64,000 nucleotides of DNA from Phallusia mammillata (GCA_965637545.1 OZ281494.1:10602001-10666000); one strand, 5' to 3'. Positions 1 through 13,700 are shown, numbered from the stretch's first letter. Numbers and translations are program-made. Notes: generated by a model from the sequence alone, not told the origin.

Positions 1-1088
1 TGTTGATGCCAACTGGGCCAACAGTTAAACATGTGTTACTGTTTTTAGATGCAAGATGATAAACAAATGCTTAAACAGTTTTGCACTGATGCTGCTTGCA
101 CAATCACCAATTGCAAGCAATAATGACAACATTTCCAGCAAAAGCTAAAACTTGCATGCACATAAAATAACTTCCACAAAAGTTAACCCACCAACCTCAC
201 AGCCACAACCTGTGAAAAATCAAACACTATTTTAGCTGAGACATCGTGTTTAACGCATGTGTATACTTGGACACATAAGTTAATAACTCACAGTACTGGT
301 TGTATTGTGTTCATTTAAACTTTATCAGTATTGTTTCATGCACATCGTTTTCAACTTAATGCTTCCTGTGGTAAACCAGGATGTGGTTCACATTCAGAGT
401 GCATTTTACTGAATGTGGATGTTCTGAATATACACCCAGATTGAAACATAAATGCTATAAAAGGTTGCTGAGGAAACCCACCATAGGCATTTTATATTGT
501 GCATTTAAAACATTCCTTTCACAACTAAGTTTCATTGCAACTACATCAACAAAAGGATTGTGACCTAATTGGTTAAGGGCAATATTGGTACGAAAATATT
601 TTGTTAACAAATAGCTGCAACATGGCTGGAGCTAAACACAAAAACATCCTGCCAAATTCAAACAGCATTTTGTGAAAAAATTCCAGACAAAACATAAGAA
701 CTACATTACGTAAGGCATGAGGTCAGATATTTATTGCAGTGCTAGCAGTAGCAAGGCTTGCTTTTATATAAAAAAAATCCCATTTTTACAATGCCCCAAA
801 ATCCTGTAAAGATGTACTATATTCCAGAAGTAATGTTCCAACACTTTAAAGGCATTCAAACTTGTGTTGTTTATGTCATGGTAACCGTATGTTAAACAAA
901 CTTGGCATCCAGGAAAAATCATCACACAGCACGAAACCTTTGTTGCCTTAAAATCATATGAGTTTTGAGGCTTTCCAATCCAAGAGTGCAATTCTCTTAA
1001 CATGGTGTTTTCCCAAATCCGTACACAAACAATGACAAAGCATGAGCTGGCAACATTAAATAACCTAAAAAAAGTGTTTGTAGCGATG

Positions 1089-4000
1089 TCAAAGCCCTGT
1101 ACATTGCTGGCTCTCAACTTCATCATCAGAATCTAAAAAAACATGTTGATTGTTGAACTTCAATAAAATCATTTCAAGAACACAAAACTTTAGTATAAAC
1201 TTAGCCAATGGCTGGCTTTGATTGAAGAAACTTCGTATATTACACTAAACTTACCAGACTGTGAGGTAACTTGGGGGCCCCATATCCTTATTGTGCAATC
1301 ATCAGACACACTTGCAAGCATTCCTGGTATTGCTTTGTTCCACGACACACAATTCACAGTTTTAATGTGTCCTGACAAGGTTTCGATCGGCTTCTCTTGC
1401 GATTGATGCCAGATGTACACCTTGTTGTCTTATAAAACCAACAAATCCAAATCAGGTCATTGACCAAAGTAAGAGTAATTTAGTGCTTGATTTCAGTTCA
1501 AAGTATTAAACATACTAAAAGTTAGTGATGGACCAAAAAAAAGCCAGAACCCAAGTACTCGGTAAAAAGCATCGCTGTTTTATATACTTGGTGCTTGGCG
1601 GAGCAGTTGCACATACTGACCCGAGCAATAAATTTGCATATTGGTGCCCTGCTAACATAGGAAACTAGTACTTGAAAGGGTATCCAATAACAAAGATGAC
1701 TGTTTTTTGAAATGCATTAAATAGTGGATACATGTACTTCTGGGGCCTGTACAGCTTAATACCACTTAATACAGACATTTGAAAGCAAAAAAAAACTAAG
1801 TTGGTGCATGCTTCACCGAGCACTGAGCATTAACATGAGATTGCAGTTTTGGCCCATCTCTACTAAAAGTTGTATGCTTGGTGTTTATTAAACAAACTAA
1901 GCTGTGTACCTTCACTCCCACTTGCTATATACTCATCAGAGGCTCCACCAAACGTAGAAAATATTGTGTAGAATCCCTGAACAACTCCTTGAAATTTTCG
2001 AACAAGGATTTGATCTTCAACATCCCACAAATGGACACCCTTGATAGAAATATGTGGTTGGTAAACATATCACAAATTTGTTCAAATAAGAATAAGAAGT
2101 AAACCTGAGTTGCAACATTGAGTAAGATGAGTCGACCATCAGAGGATATTGAGAAGGACATCACCGGGTGATCTTCCTTTATTCTGCAAGACATAAAGAC
2201 AGAACACTTTATTTATATTGACTTTTAACACCTGATAAAATTACATGTAAAAAATGCCTAGAAACAAAAAAAATAAAACTGCACACAAACATAAAAAAGC
2301 AATGAAATTAAACTTACACATTGTAATCTGACATGTCATCAAAGTTATATGCTCGGACCCTTTGCTGTGTATCGGCAGCAAGTACTGTTTTGTTATCAGG
2401 TAAACAGCCAACACTGTGGACCCTCACACCCTCCCAGGAATCTTGTATGTTTCCATCCATGTCCTGTACATGTGTAAATAAAGTAAACAGTCTCAAGAAC
2501 TGTAAATGCTAATGCACCACATAAATGAAAAACTGCAGGAGTTGTGTGTTCATTTACATGTTGATTACAGAAAAAAATATAAAACAAGTAAAATAAATTT
2601 TGTTCTTTAAAATTGTTTCTGGGTTAAACCAAATTAGGCTGTTTATGTGATATAATTTCCTTTACAACAGGAAAAAGCTGTTTCATTATTGCTTTATTGC
2701 TAAAACCCTTTTAGCTTTACAATCCTTGTGATGTGCTTTACTGCATCATATTTGACTGGGTGTGTTTTAAGTTTGTAACTGTGACTGGGAACCCATTTTG
2801 CAGTAACAAAGTTGTTGGTTTTAAACCAGATTTATAGTTTGTTTTTCGAACACTTACACATTGGTAAAACTGGCCTTTTGTACCCCCAGTAATGTATTTT
2901 TTGCCATCTGTGCTCCAACAGCAGCAACTTAAACTGTCTTCAGAGGAGTGGCTCATTTTTGTCCGCAATTCCCCAGTCTGAAAATAACATCTCAAATCAG
3001 CTCGTTTGAAATTGCTTTGTAATCAGTTTTTGAAATAGGTTGAAATCTCTAACATCAAACACTAGTTCCTTCAGGTTATGTGATGGAAAGCAAAAAGAAA
3101 ATGTTTGGAAAGAAACTGGATTTGTAACCTGTGCATTCCACAACCAGAGCTCTGATGCTTCATCTGTCCCACAGGCAATGATATGGACGTCATCAGGACT
3201 CCATGCAAGGTAACTAACTCCGTAAGTGTGTCCAGATAGGGTCCTGGCATGAGTTACTTTGTGGGAAATCTGAATAAATTAAAAAAAACTTGAACTATTG
3301 ATTGCTGCAGAGAAATTCAAAGCAGAAAAATTGTGTGATTCCTTTGATAAAAATGCAAGTCATGGTGCCCTAGGCTTATTTAAGCCATTGTACTGAATTA
3401 TGACCCAAGTATTCTCACACAACAAAGCATAGGCTATTTCTTGCTTGCAGTGGGATTTAAACACACAGAAGCAGCCTTTCTGGGGATGGAGCTCGACCAA
3501 CTTAAATACACAAGCTCAGAGGTAACCCGGGGAAAGTCTAATCACAGGCACAGATGCCTGCCTTATATGTTAGTTTAATACTAGGGGTGTTCATTCTGAC
3601 CAGCTATTGTGGTTTTCATGAATGCATCAGGGCATATCCTAGAGATAATTATATGTTCATCTCAGCAAAAACTTAGAAACAACATTAGTGGGATGTTAAA
3701 AATGAGCTGCGTGCACCCTCATGAGTTTATGTCTACACACAGTGGGGCTCTTTTCTCAAAAACACAGATGCAAAAAACTAACAAGATAATAACATTACAG
3801 AAAGAAACACAAACTTACAGGATCAACATCCCATACAATGACACTTGAATCTTTTGATCCTGTGGCAAGCATTTTGCCATTATGTGAGAACTTGCAATAC
3901 CACACTTCATCAAAATGTTCATTGAGGATTTGCTGGGTGACAGAAGGAAAGTTTTGCCTAAATAAAAAGAGCTAATTATTTTATTGCTTGAGTGAACAGT

Positions 4001-7000
4001 AAAAAATGCTGATCATCTTTGCAACACTACACTGTATTAATGCAAACATATGTTCATCATAAAACAGGCAAATCAAATAAAACTCCCATCAAAAATGACA
4101 AGTAATTATGTATTTAACCTAGATAAAAGTTGTTTCTGACACAAAAATATTCTCCAAGGCATGATCACAATGCCTGTTAAAATGTTTAAAGTAAACATCA
4201 TACTTTACATGTACTTTCTATCACATTTTAAAAATGTCATTTGAGTTTTGGATTTTCTTGCTCAGTTGGCACAAAACTGTTTCCTTGTTTAGATTTTAAA
4301 ACCAATATTTCAACCAATCATGGACTGATGTTTTCATTTCCAAGCAGAAGCTAGCGGCATGGAGGTTTGTATAGTTTTCAGTATGAGTCATTGTAGTATA
4401 AAATGATGACTGTTTGTTACTCATAACAGCAACCAATGACTTCCAGTTTGCAGTGAAAGCAACATGTCATGGTGGAAAACATTACCGTTCAAACACATCA
4501 CTGCTGTAGTTCTGTTTATAACAAGTGATATACTTGATCTAGGCAGCATTTTATATGTTGCAAACCAGAGTAAACAATATTATCAAACGGAGTTCTGTTT
4601 GTCACTAAAAGAGGTTAAATAGTTACATACAAAGGATGATAAATACTGTGAAGCAACAAACAGTTATGGGTACATAATATATTTTTCATAAAGAATGATA
4701 AATTAACATAGTTGGCAACACAATTTAAAAAGTAATAAAAATTCGTAATTTTTTTGCAAGCATCCATTGCCAAATATCCTATTCAAAATATAATAGTTAA
4801 ATAATACAAAGCCTTGTACCACAATTAAGAGTTCGACATTATTATGACAATTCTGATTAGAAGAGCAATCTTACCGAATGCATGTGTGATCAATTAACAA
4901 TGAGTGTGTAGTAATGTTGAGTGGTTCCACAGAGTTGTGGAAAAGACACTTGGATTGTTGATATTCCAGCGCTTGGCTAAGTAATGACTGGAGACGATTC
5001 GGTGGCATCATCACTGATATTGGTAGGTAACCTGAATATAGAAAGATTGTTGTATTAGTGACATATTGACCTGTTGCTTCGTTAGTTCTTTTAGCAATAT
5101 TTTTGCAAAGTATCTTTATTCATGTAAACATATGTAGGACCACATTAAATCTTTAGCAATGCACTCTTTGGTTTCACAGTAAACATGACATTGATAGCTG
5201 TGGATGCTTTGAGGTTGCAGAATATGATGGTTTTTACACACATATATATCTTCTTTTTATACCAGCAATGTGTTTGTCTATAACCCTTCTTAACATGAAA
5301 GTGGATATGCTGGCAATATATTATAGCCTATATTTTTGTTAAATTGCATACGGAAAAATAGATAGAACATTTTTTTCCCCTTAAATTGGTTGCTGAATGT
5401 TCTGTCATGTACTGTAATCGGCCTTAAAAATGTGTTGGTTAATCTCTACCTTGTAGGTGCAATGACAAACGACAGTTTTTAATTAATCAACCCTTCTGTA
5501 GCCTCAATTTGCTGTATTAAATAGTGTTAAGTGGTGGAAGTTTATTGTTTCTGTTACCAGCCTTCTTGTCTAATGATCATTGGTATATATTGGCCTTAAA
5601 AATGATATCGGTCAACCCCTGATGTAATTTGGATACTTGTAAAACATCTTTCTTCAAGTACATAAACAAGAGTTAAGTTTGGTAAGGCTAAGGATTTGTA
5701 AGCAAATACAAATTTACAACCTTGTAACTTTTCAAGAAGTTTAGATCTTGATTTGGAACCCTTTCCTTCCCAGTTTGCAGCTTTTTGTAAATCTTGGGCA
5801 TTGGAAATCATCAAAAATCTGAACAATATAAGTAAATATGTTCTAAACAAATAGTATCAATATGGACAAGTAAAGTATAACAAACTTTTGCAAAGATGTT
5901 CTAAGAATTAAACATATTGTTTTCTTACCCAGACAGAAGATGTACTCGATTAATAAAAATTCTTAAAGGAGTGATTTGGTTTCGCAAACAAGTCAATGCA
6001 TCCAACATTTTGCCCTCTTCCAAAAGCTCCAGAAATTTTTGCTCCATCACCAAAAACCTCATTTTCTAAAAACAACAATGTTTTGCATGAAACCTATTAT
6101 CATGTAAAAGACAATGAGGTGTGTAGACTTTTTATTGTCTATGCAATGTCAAAGAGGTTAGTGATGTCACTTTCTGAATATAGAACACAAGACACCATCT
6201 GTTGTGTCTTTCTTATCCAGTTGTTACATAGAAAAACATGACCTTGAATTACCAACTTTGCCAAAAATAAACATTAATCCAGAGCCTCTCTTTAACTATA
6301 CACAAAACTGCCACATCAAGCTAAACAGTTTAACCAGCTTAACAAACTAAACTGTCAACTTAATTCCCATTGACCCATTTATTTCATAAAGCACTAACTT
6401 GTAAATGTCGCTGATGTTTAAGTAGGGGCTTCATTTCAAGCAGTGTGGCTTCAACTTTTGTCCACTGCCCTTCCATCACCTGCTCTCTAAATTTTGAAGC
6501 AGCAGCATGTTCCAGTTTGCATCCTGCTTCAGCCATCAGAACTTCAGAGGCTTTTCTGCATTTAAAAAGATAGTTAATAAAATACTTCTCGACAAACCAC
6601 CATCAATATAAGATTTAAATCCAGTTCTTTTACAACATGTTTTAAATCTGTAATACAATCATTTTTTAAAGCAAGTAAACAGGGCAATTATATTTTGGGA
6701 TAGTTTTGAATTTTACATGGTGCTTTAAAAAAAAACACCTGTATTAGTCTTCAAATGCACAGACAATGGCTGCTTGTGTTAATGCAAATGAGATGTGCAA
6801 CTTCAAAGATAATTATAGATAAAGCAATTGTTAAAAACCTATTATACTATGTAAGCAGCAAGATTTTTTGTAAAATTTTTATTTGCCAAGCACATCGCCA
6901 ATTACAATCCAAGTTTAAACAACATACTGCAGGCCGAGGGAGCAGAGATGTTGTCCAACAATTCTGACAATCTCTTTGTTTGTGTTAGACAAGTGAACAA

Positions 7001-7148
7001 CAGGTGCCTTAGAGCTTGAAACAGCAGTACAATCCCCATTTGACACCATAGGCGAACCAGGTTTTGATGAAGATTGCTTTTCCTTAGCACTCATAGAAGT
7101 GCCATTTTCGGGGCATGCCCCATTAAGGACAGATGTGTGTGATTGCAT
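1089..7148 (-). CDS. WDR26: WD repeat-containing protein 26 (CTLH/GID complex subunit; LisH-CTLH plus WD40), 13 coding exons
   Basis: Exons (minus): 7148-6928, 6555-6399, 6065-5929, 5818-5721, 5031-4875, 3957-3819, 3269-3129, 2977-2858, 2463-2318, 2183-2105, 2039-1910, 1428-1255, 1132-1089. All introns are GT-AG with consistent phase. The translation follows WDR26 throughout: [15 protein letters not shown] (LisH), [104 protein letters not shown]. The last small exon and the true start are less certain. Confidence 0.95.
1523..1862. mobile_element. Non-autonomous hAT-like MITE (TAGTGATG/TAGGGATG family) in a WDR26 intron
   Basis: Ends TAGTGATGGACC...GGCCCATCTCTA with an exact 8-bp TSD CTAAAAGT (1515-1522, 1863-1870). 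Internal sequence resembles the element at 33727-34131 (CCGAGCA motifs, TAAATTTGCATATT...CCCTGC block). Confidence 0.85.
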
Positions 7149-8701
7149 GCCGAGACGCTGTCGCTTGGTTGGCGGAGGTGAAAGCCCACCCTGGTCTGAG
7201 GATTCAGAAGAAGTTGCCAGTCTTTCAGAGTGAACTAGCTGGTGGGTTTACCTTCGCAATGAAGATTGTCAACCCTTTTACCAGCTTTTTTATTTGAAAT
7301 GTATTTCGAACAGAACTATATTAGTTGGAACAGAGGTATCCAGTTAAGACATGATTGGGAATTGCTGGAGCTGAATCTTTAAATAGTTGCTTCCTTTGGG
7401 CATTAAAGTATAAACCAACATAGCATCCAAAACCTATGCACCTTAAAATAGCTAAGTGGTCAGAGAGCACAAAACCTATTTTCAAAAAGCTTGAAGTAGC
7501 TAAGACGTGGAATCAAATATCTCATGTCAGGGCTACAAGTGCTATAGCTTTTAAACAATAAATAATATTCGTTGTTTGGTTGGAGGATTGATTGATGTTG
7601 ATGTAAGTTAAAGTTCCTAAATCCTGAAAGGTAATCCTTTATAAATTTTATGGGTTAGAGACCCGCCAAATCAGTTATGCATATAAGTATGAGCTATGGA
7701 ACCAGAACATTTAAGTCTAACTATAATGCAAATAAATACAACGTAAAGTTGAATTATTTGCCATAATAAGTCACATATTGCAAAAACACTGTTAGATCAG
7801 TGAATATTCTTTCATTGCCATGCGTTTATTATCAGTTTTAAACCAAAAAAGCAAATTGCTGTTATTTGTTTGTACATTTTCAAATAGACTTTCATTCTGC
7901 AGATATTTAAGAATCAAGAAAAAAAGCACACACATGTAAATAACTAAAATTGTGCACAAAGAACGGTTTGTTCCTAAAACTGAACGTTGAAACCTTGTAA
8001 AAGGACGACCAACCTACCAGCCTCGCTACAAGAGACCCAGTGTTATTCCATATTACGCATCAATGCACACATTTTCACGTTATTTTATTATGCTGCCTTT
8101 TTTCTTTTTCGCACAACTGCGCATCAGCTGATTCAATGACATCACACCAACAAAACATGGTCGTTTGTGAACAAAGAACCGGACTGTCGTTTATTGATGC
8201 TAATGGGTTGTTTATAGTGTGCTTATAAGTTGTAGTTTATTGCATGTTACCGAGACTATTTTACTGTTCAATATCAGAGTGTTTAAGAGATGCGTAGAGT
8301 GCATTTTGCCTCGAAAAAAAACGACAACAAAAAGCTTTTCCCCATTTATTTGTGTTTGGGAAAAAAATCGAGGTAAAATCCGGATTTTCGTTAATTTTTG
8401 TCGGAACATTTCTGTTTAACGCAGGTTTTAGCAGGCTTCTTTTGCCTACTTAACATCTATACCCGTTCACAACATCGATTACATAAAATTTTGAGCGAAG
8501 TTGAAAAAAAGCTGTTGGCTTTTTATTTTTTTATTTTTAAGGGTTTTATTAGTGGATTTTCCCAGGAATATTCCAGTTTCATTAGTGCTTTACCCGTTTT
8601 TCGATTATAACCGTACCTTTATAGCCAGTGGCGCCAAACCTTCGCCCGTATGGCCACATGCGCCTACAGAGACTAATTTCTGTGGCCGTGAACATGTACC
8701 G

Positions 8702-8930
8702 CAGTGGTCGGCAACCTTTTTTGCAGACCGCTTTGAAACTAAAATTTTATCGCCGACCGGTCTTCAAAAAAGTACAAATATTCAGCAATAAAAACGCTTA
8801 AATTACTTTATCATCCCCAGGATACATGGGTCAAACGTTTTATAACATCTAACCTAAAAATTTATACGGCCCCGTAACGAAACTCTCGCGGACTGGTACC
8901 CGGCCGCGGACCGGCGGTTGCCGACCACAG
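8702..8930. mobile_element. hAT (Buster/Charlie-like) MITE
   Basis: TIRs CAGTGGTCGGCAACC / GGTTGCCGACCACAG; exact 8-bp TSD ATGTACCG (8694-8701, 8931-8938). Same family as 36345-36580, in the opposite orientation. It appears to sit inside an older remnant starting CAGTGGCGCCAAACC at about 8626. Confidence 0.9.
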
Positions 8931-9094
8931 ATGTACCGCATATTAAAATATATGTACTGGTGGCGTGACGCAACTAAAAGTAGTTTGGTGAATATTTAGA
9001 TTTTTAAACTGTCTCAAACAGATTTTGTTGGGCTGGAAAGAGTATTAACAGCCTATTAGTAGCCATATGTGTCAGACTTTATGTACGCCTAGTG

Positions 9095-10058
9095 CAGGGG
9101 TGGGGAACCTGCGGCCCGCGGGCCGCATGTGGCCCGCTTGCCTTTTTAATGTGGCCCCCGTCACAATTTTAGTATAATACAACATAATTTTAGTATACAA
9201 CATATTTTAGTATAGGTACAGTATACAACATAGTATAAAAAAACAATAAAATTTTTATGTACAAATATGTCCTTGAAATGACTTCGACACTTTTGGTAAT
9301 CTCCCCATCCACATTATGACGCCAAACTTCTAAAAATTGCTACACATTCAACCACTTGCTTTATTTGTGACGTAACAGTCACTCGATTGCCTCTCCTTGC
9401 AGTAACAAATCATTTGCCATGTGGTGTATTTTTTTGAATTGCGTTTAGAGCTGTTAGCGTGGATCCTTATATTGTAGGCCTACCATATTTTCATCACCAA
9501 AAAGGAGGACACATTGTCGAGAAAGAATATAGACACTTACTTTTGTGTCCAAAGAATATGAAGGCACAAGATTTTTGACGAATTTCAGGCAGTCAATTAT
9601 TATGGTTCAATTTGGATGAATTTTAACTTACTATAAATTGTGATTTTCAATTAACTATGACCACAACTCGCACTATTTGGTCGGTTTTAAAGACGCAATT
9701 GTTATTTAAGTATTTAGTAAATACAGAAAATTCAAAAAGGAGGACATTTGGGCATTTTTCATTGTCCTTGGAGGACAACTTACTTTTCGTTAAAAAGGAG
9801 GACATGTCCTCCAAAAAGAGGACGTATGGTAGGACCTATTATATTGGTATTTTAAATATGTTCTTGGAAAAAAAGACAGATCGATATAATGGAGCTAGGG
9901 TATTCCAGAAAGAATGGACAAACTCTTATTTTTAGTTGAAATAAGTGATAAACCTGTATTATAATATTATAATACGGAATTTAACAAAATGTTTGGCCCG
10001 CCCGAAAACATTGTGCAATTCATGCGGCCCGCAGTGCTAAGTAGGTTCCCCACCCCTG
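9095..10058. mobile_element. hAT (Buster/Charlie-like) MITE, 964 bp including a nested insertion
   Basis: TIRs CAGGGGTGGGGAACCT / AGGTTCCCCACCCCTG; exact TSD GCCTAGTG (9087-9094, 9059+1000=10059-10066). Confidence 0.92.
9475..9838. mobile_element. Nested TAGG-terminated MITE (hAT Blackjack-like termini)
   Basis: Ends TAGGCCTACCATA / TATGGTAGGACCTA, internal AAAAGGAGGACA repeats, exact 8-bp TSD TTATATTG on both sides. Lies inside 9095-10058. Confidence 0.85.
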
Positions 10059-10567
10059 GCCTAGTGTGTGCAAACAATGCGAAAAACACGCACCACAAGC
10101 GTCACAATACGAATGATGACGTCATATACATCAGTGGTTCCCAACCTTTCTACACTGTGGGACCGGCAAAAATTTTAAAAAAAATCCACGGACCGGCAAC
10201 ATAAGATCGCAGTGAATGCAACAGATATTCTCAAGCGTTTTGTTCACCAAAGTTGTTGTTGCACAACATAATGCAAGAGTTAGTCATAGACTATGTATTT
10301 AGGACGAAAAATACAACCAAACGGCAATCAACTAAACTCAAACAACAAAACACCAATCCATTTAGATACAAAATCAATGCTAGTGGGATGTTTGTTGTTG
10401 TTTCGCTTCCAGCATGAATCTCAAAATCATCTCAAAAGTAAAAAATAACTTTGTTTTACAAAAAAATGTTGAATGCTAGGCACAGTTTAAGACAAAACAA
10501 TCATAAACGTCACAAAAGCTTTATTAAACAATTTTGCGGGTATTAACGGTGGAGAGTTACCCTAGTT

Positions 10568-11365
10568 CAGGGGTCGCCAACCCGCGGCTCCGGAGCCGCA
10601 TGCGGCTCTTTGATCCCTCTGATGCGGCTCAGGAAAATTGAAGTGCAGTAGCATGACTGTACTCGCTTGTTGTAGTTACCTGCAACCCCGTCTCTATACC
10701 ACAAAACGTGAAGCCTAAAAGAGGCAACCTGGCGGCGCACAGGTTAACACGCAATATGAGACAATACTGTTTTTGTTTGCAGTGTGTGTGCGCGCGTAAC
10801 AATAGCTATTTGTTAATTGTTATGCAACAAACGCGTAAACAAAGGAATAAAAATCTGCAAAAACACAATATGCAACGCTACGTACAGTTGTTTTCTCTGC
10901 TGACGAGACTAGTTTACGATTGCGTATAATATGCAATGAAACACTATTGTTAACAACAAAAAGTCGAAAGTCATAAGACTAAAAAACGTTTTGCATTTTA
11001 TTTTAAATTTTAAAACGGCTTTGTGGCTCCCAGTGTTTTTTTACTATGTGAAACTGGTCCGAGCAATGATACTATATTTCAACCATAATCTGTTCAATTG
11101 CCTCATTGAAGCAAGTACTTTCGTTTTCATCCATTCCTAAGTTAGACTTTCACGCTCCCTCGCTATGTAGCTCGCGTCTACAAGCACTTCCACATGTAAA
11201 CTCATTGAAGCGTGTGACGGCAGAAACAAAAAAAGAAAAAGGCAACTCTCACGCAATGATGAAACCAACAAAGAAAAAAAGAAAAAGGCAAACGAGTGTC
11301 CGATCGTGTTGTATAGTATCATTGGTCCGAGTGGCTCTTTGAGTAGTAAAGGTTGGCGACCCCTG
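10568..11365. mobile_element. hAT MITE (SPIN/Buster-like ends) nested in 10132-11523
   Basis: TIRs CAGGGGTCGCCAACC / GGTTGGCGACCCCTG with subterminal GCGGCTC repeats; exact TSD CCCTAGTT (10560-10567, 11366-11373). Confidence 0.92.
11064..11324. mobile_element. 261-bp TIR element with a 7-bp TSD, nested in 10568-11365
   Basis: Perfect 12-bp TIR CAATGATACTAT / ATAGTATCATTG, flanked by the direct repeat GTCCGAG (11057-11063, 11325-11331). Removing it restores the host subterminal sequence AAACTGGTCCGAGTGGCTCTTTGAG. Confidence 0.8.
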
Positions 11366-13083
11366 CCCTAGTTGTACAGTCAAGCTTAAAATGAGTTTCG
11401 CACATACCCACAACTTTGCAATAGGCCGACTTATCATTCCATTTTGAAAAGTAGCTTGGCATATAGTAAGATAATTTGCGGACCGGCAAAATATTTACGC
11501 GGACCGGCGGTTGGGAACCACTGATATACATTGAAGTGTTCAGCTCGATCTGTGCATCAAGTTAAAAAATAATCTGGGCTTTTTAGGCGCGGTTAGATGG
11601 TGATATAAACGTATTTCTTTACATCAGTAATTTTCAAACAAAAACAAACTAGCAATCGGCGGCCGTTGGTGAAATAAGGAACTGCAATGCGGCCGTCGTA
11701 GCAAAGAGGTTGTACACCCTGCTTTAAACTGTTATCGGAGAAATGTTAATGTTGACGCCATTGTTGAAGAAATCAAATGCTGTAGCTTTTCGTCGTGAAA
11801 AAAAAATCGCTTTGGGGGGCTTTTTACCGAAATATTCCACTTTCAAGCTGGCTTTGGCCGGTTTCTGCCCTCTATTATAACTGTAAACCGTCAGAGAGGT
11901 GCGCAAAACGATTTTAGAATTTCTGTCAAATAAACAGAATGTACGCGCGAAATCGAATTCAGAGTGATAACGTATACTAAATGGAAATTGATACAGTTTA
12001 GAGTTCACCAGTAACGTTTGACGCAATATTTGTATTTTTATCCGTCAGTTACCGCAAAAACCAGTTTCACAATTTTTTGTCATAATAAATGGTCCCTTTA
12101 CAATTTTTTAAGCTTGCGGCCCAAGCTCAATACATATCTTAAAATAAATATATTCAAAACTAAACCTGGAGTTAAAAACTAAAAGTTAATTTATTCCTTG
12201 GAAAAGTGTTTCCACAATATGCGGGATGATTTTTGTTAAGGTTTTACTTTATATAATTACCTCGCGTAGAAATGCTAAGGGCCAATTATTAAATCGCAAA
12301 CAAGACTATGACGCAATAATGAAAATGTGCGCAAACTATCGCTCTTTTTGTAGAAAATAGGACCTTGTAATAGAAGACTTATACATGACCAATATAACAT
12401 GATTTAATATTACATAAGATTTCAGAAAAACTTTCATTTTCGCTAATATGAAACATCATAAATTAACTATCTGTTGTATCTATAAAATACGAGCCACGTT
12501 ACCTGCAAAATATTTCAAGTTTAGTAAAGTTTCCACATTGTGAAAATGATTTTGGTTTGTTATAATTAAGTTCACTTACAACACAAGGTTTAATTGAAAA
12601 CATCTATAAGAACGGGATTTCGGTTTCGGCCTGAACCTTTTAAGGCGGGTTGGGTGCATCACTAATACCAACGGAATTAGGTTGTAAAAAACATGAAAAC
12701 CTATAGCTCGCACTACTTCTCTAATGAAGGGCAGTAGTTGAAAGTCATTTTAATGCAAACTGTAACTGATTAACGTGGATTTAATTCGAGACCTTCTTGT
12801 ACTACTTGAACTGCTGAACGTGGTATTATCGCTATGACGTCAAAGAGGATACGTACGTTCTTACTTGGTTTCCAGAGAAGACGTTGCCGTCGTTATTGAC
12901 GCTGTGATCGTTATTGTCGGCACCGTTACCTTTTATTGCCCAACACGAACATTCGTTGCACATGCAAAAGTTGGTCGTCTCGGAAGAGGCAGCTGTAGGA
13001 CGGTGCGGGGCCAGGCTGCGAACCTAGCGGACGTTACAGTGTCGATAGTAATTGTACAAGCGGAGATGTTAGTTGAAACCAGA

Positions 13084-13700
13084 ATAAACCGGAATTTATC
13101 CGGAAAAATATTCGATTATCGGAAATATTCGATTATCCGGAATATTCGATTATCCAAAATATTCGATTAACCGAAATATTCGATTAAACGGAATATTCAA
13201 ATATCCGAAATATTCGAATAAACGGAACATTCGATTATTCGAAATATTCGATTAACCGAAATATTCGATTAAACGGAATATTTGATTAAACGAAATATTC
13301 GATTATCCGGAATATTCGATTATCCGAAATATTTCGATTAACCGAAATATTCGATCAAACGGAATATTTAAATATCTGAAATATTCGAATAAACGGAACA
13401 TTCGATTATCCGAAATATTCGATTAAACAGAACATGCGATTAACCGGTATATTCGATTATCCGAAATATTTGACTATCCGAAATTTTTGAATACCGAAAT
13501 ATTCGATTAACCGGAATATTACATTCCATTTACAGAACATTCGATTAACCAGAATATTCGATTATCCGAAATATTCGATTAAACGGAATATTCGATTATC
13601 CGAAATATTCGATTAATCGAAATATTCGATTATCTGGTATATTGGATTAAACGAAATATTTGATTATCCGAAATTTTTGAATAAACGGATTTTTCGATTG
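13084..13700. repeat. 17-bp minisatellite (consensus about AAATATTCGATTATCCG), roughly 36 units
   Basis: TTCGATTA recurs at 13111, 13128, 13145 and onward (period 17). Degenerate units resume at about 14585-14650, after the TIR element at 13710-14582. Confidence 0.95.

Larger units (their letters stand above)
10132..11523. mobile_element. hAT MITE (outer shell of a three-level nest)
   Basis: TIRs CAGTGGTTCCCAACC / GGTTGGGAACCACTG; exact TSD ATATACAT (10124-10131, 11524-11531). Confidence 0.92.

Noticed and set aside
12865-13170. 101-aa plus-strand Val-rich ORF that looks like a TM protein
   Set aside because: It is the codon-for-codon antisense of an Asn/Asp-rich minus frame and runs into the satellite.
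13084-13700. Regular short repeats resembling a CRISPR array
   Set aside because: The units are head-to-tail with no unique spacers, there are no cas genes, and the context is eukaryotic. It is a minisatellite.
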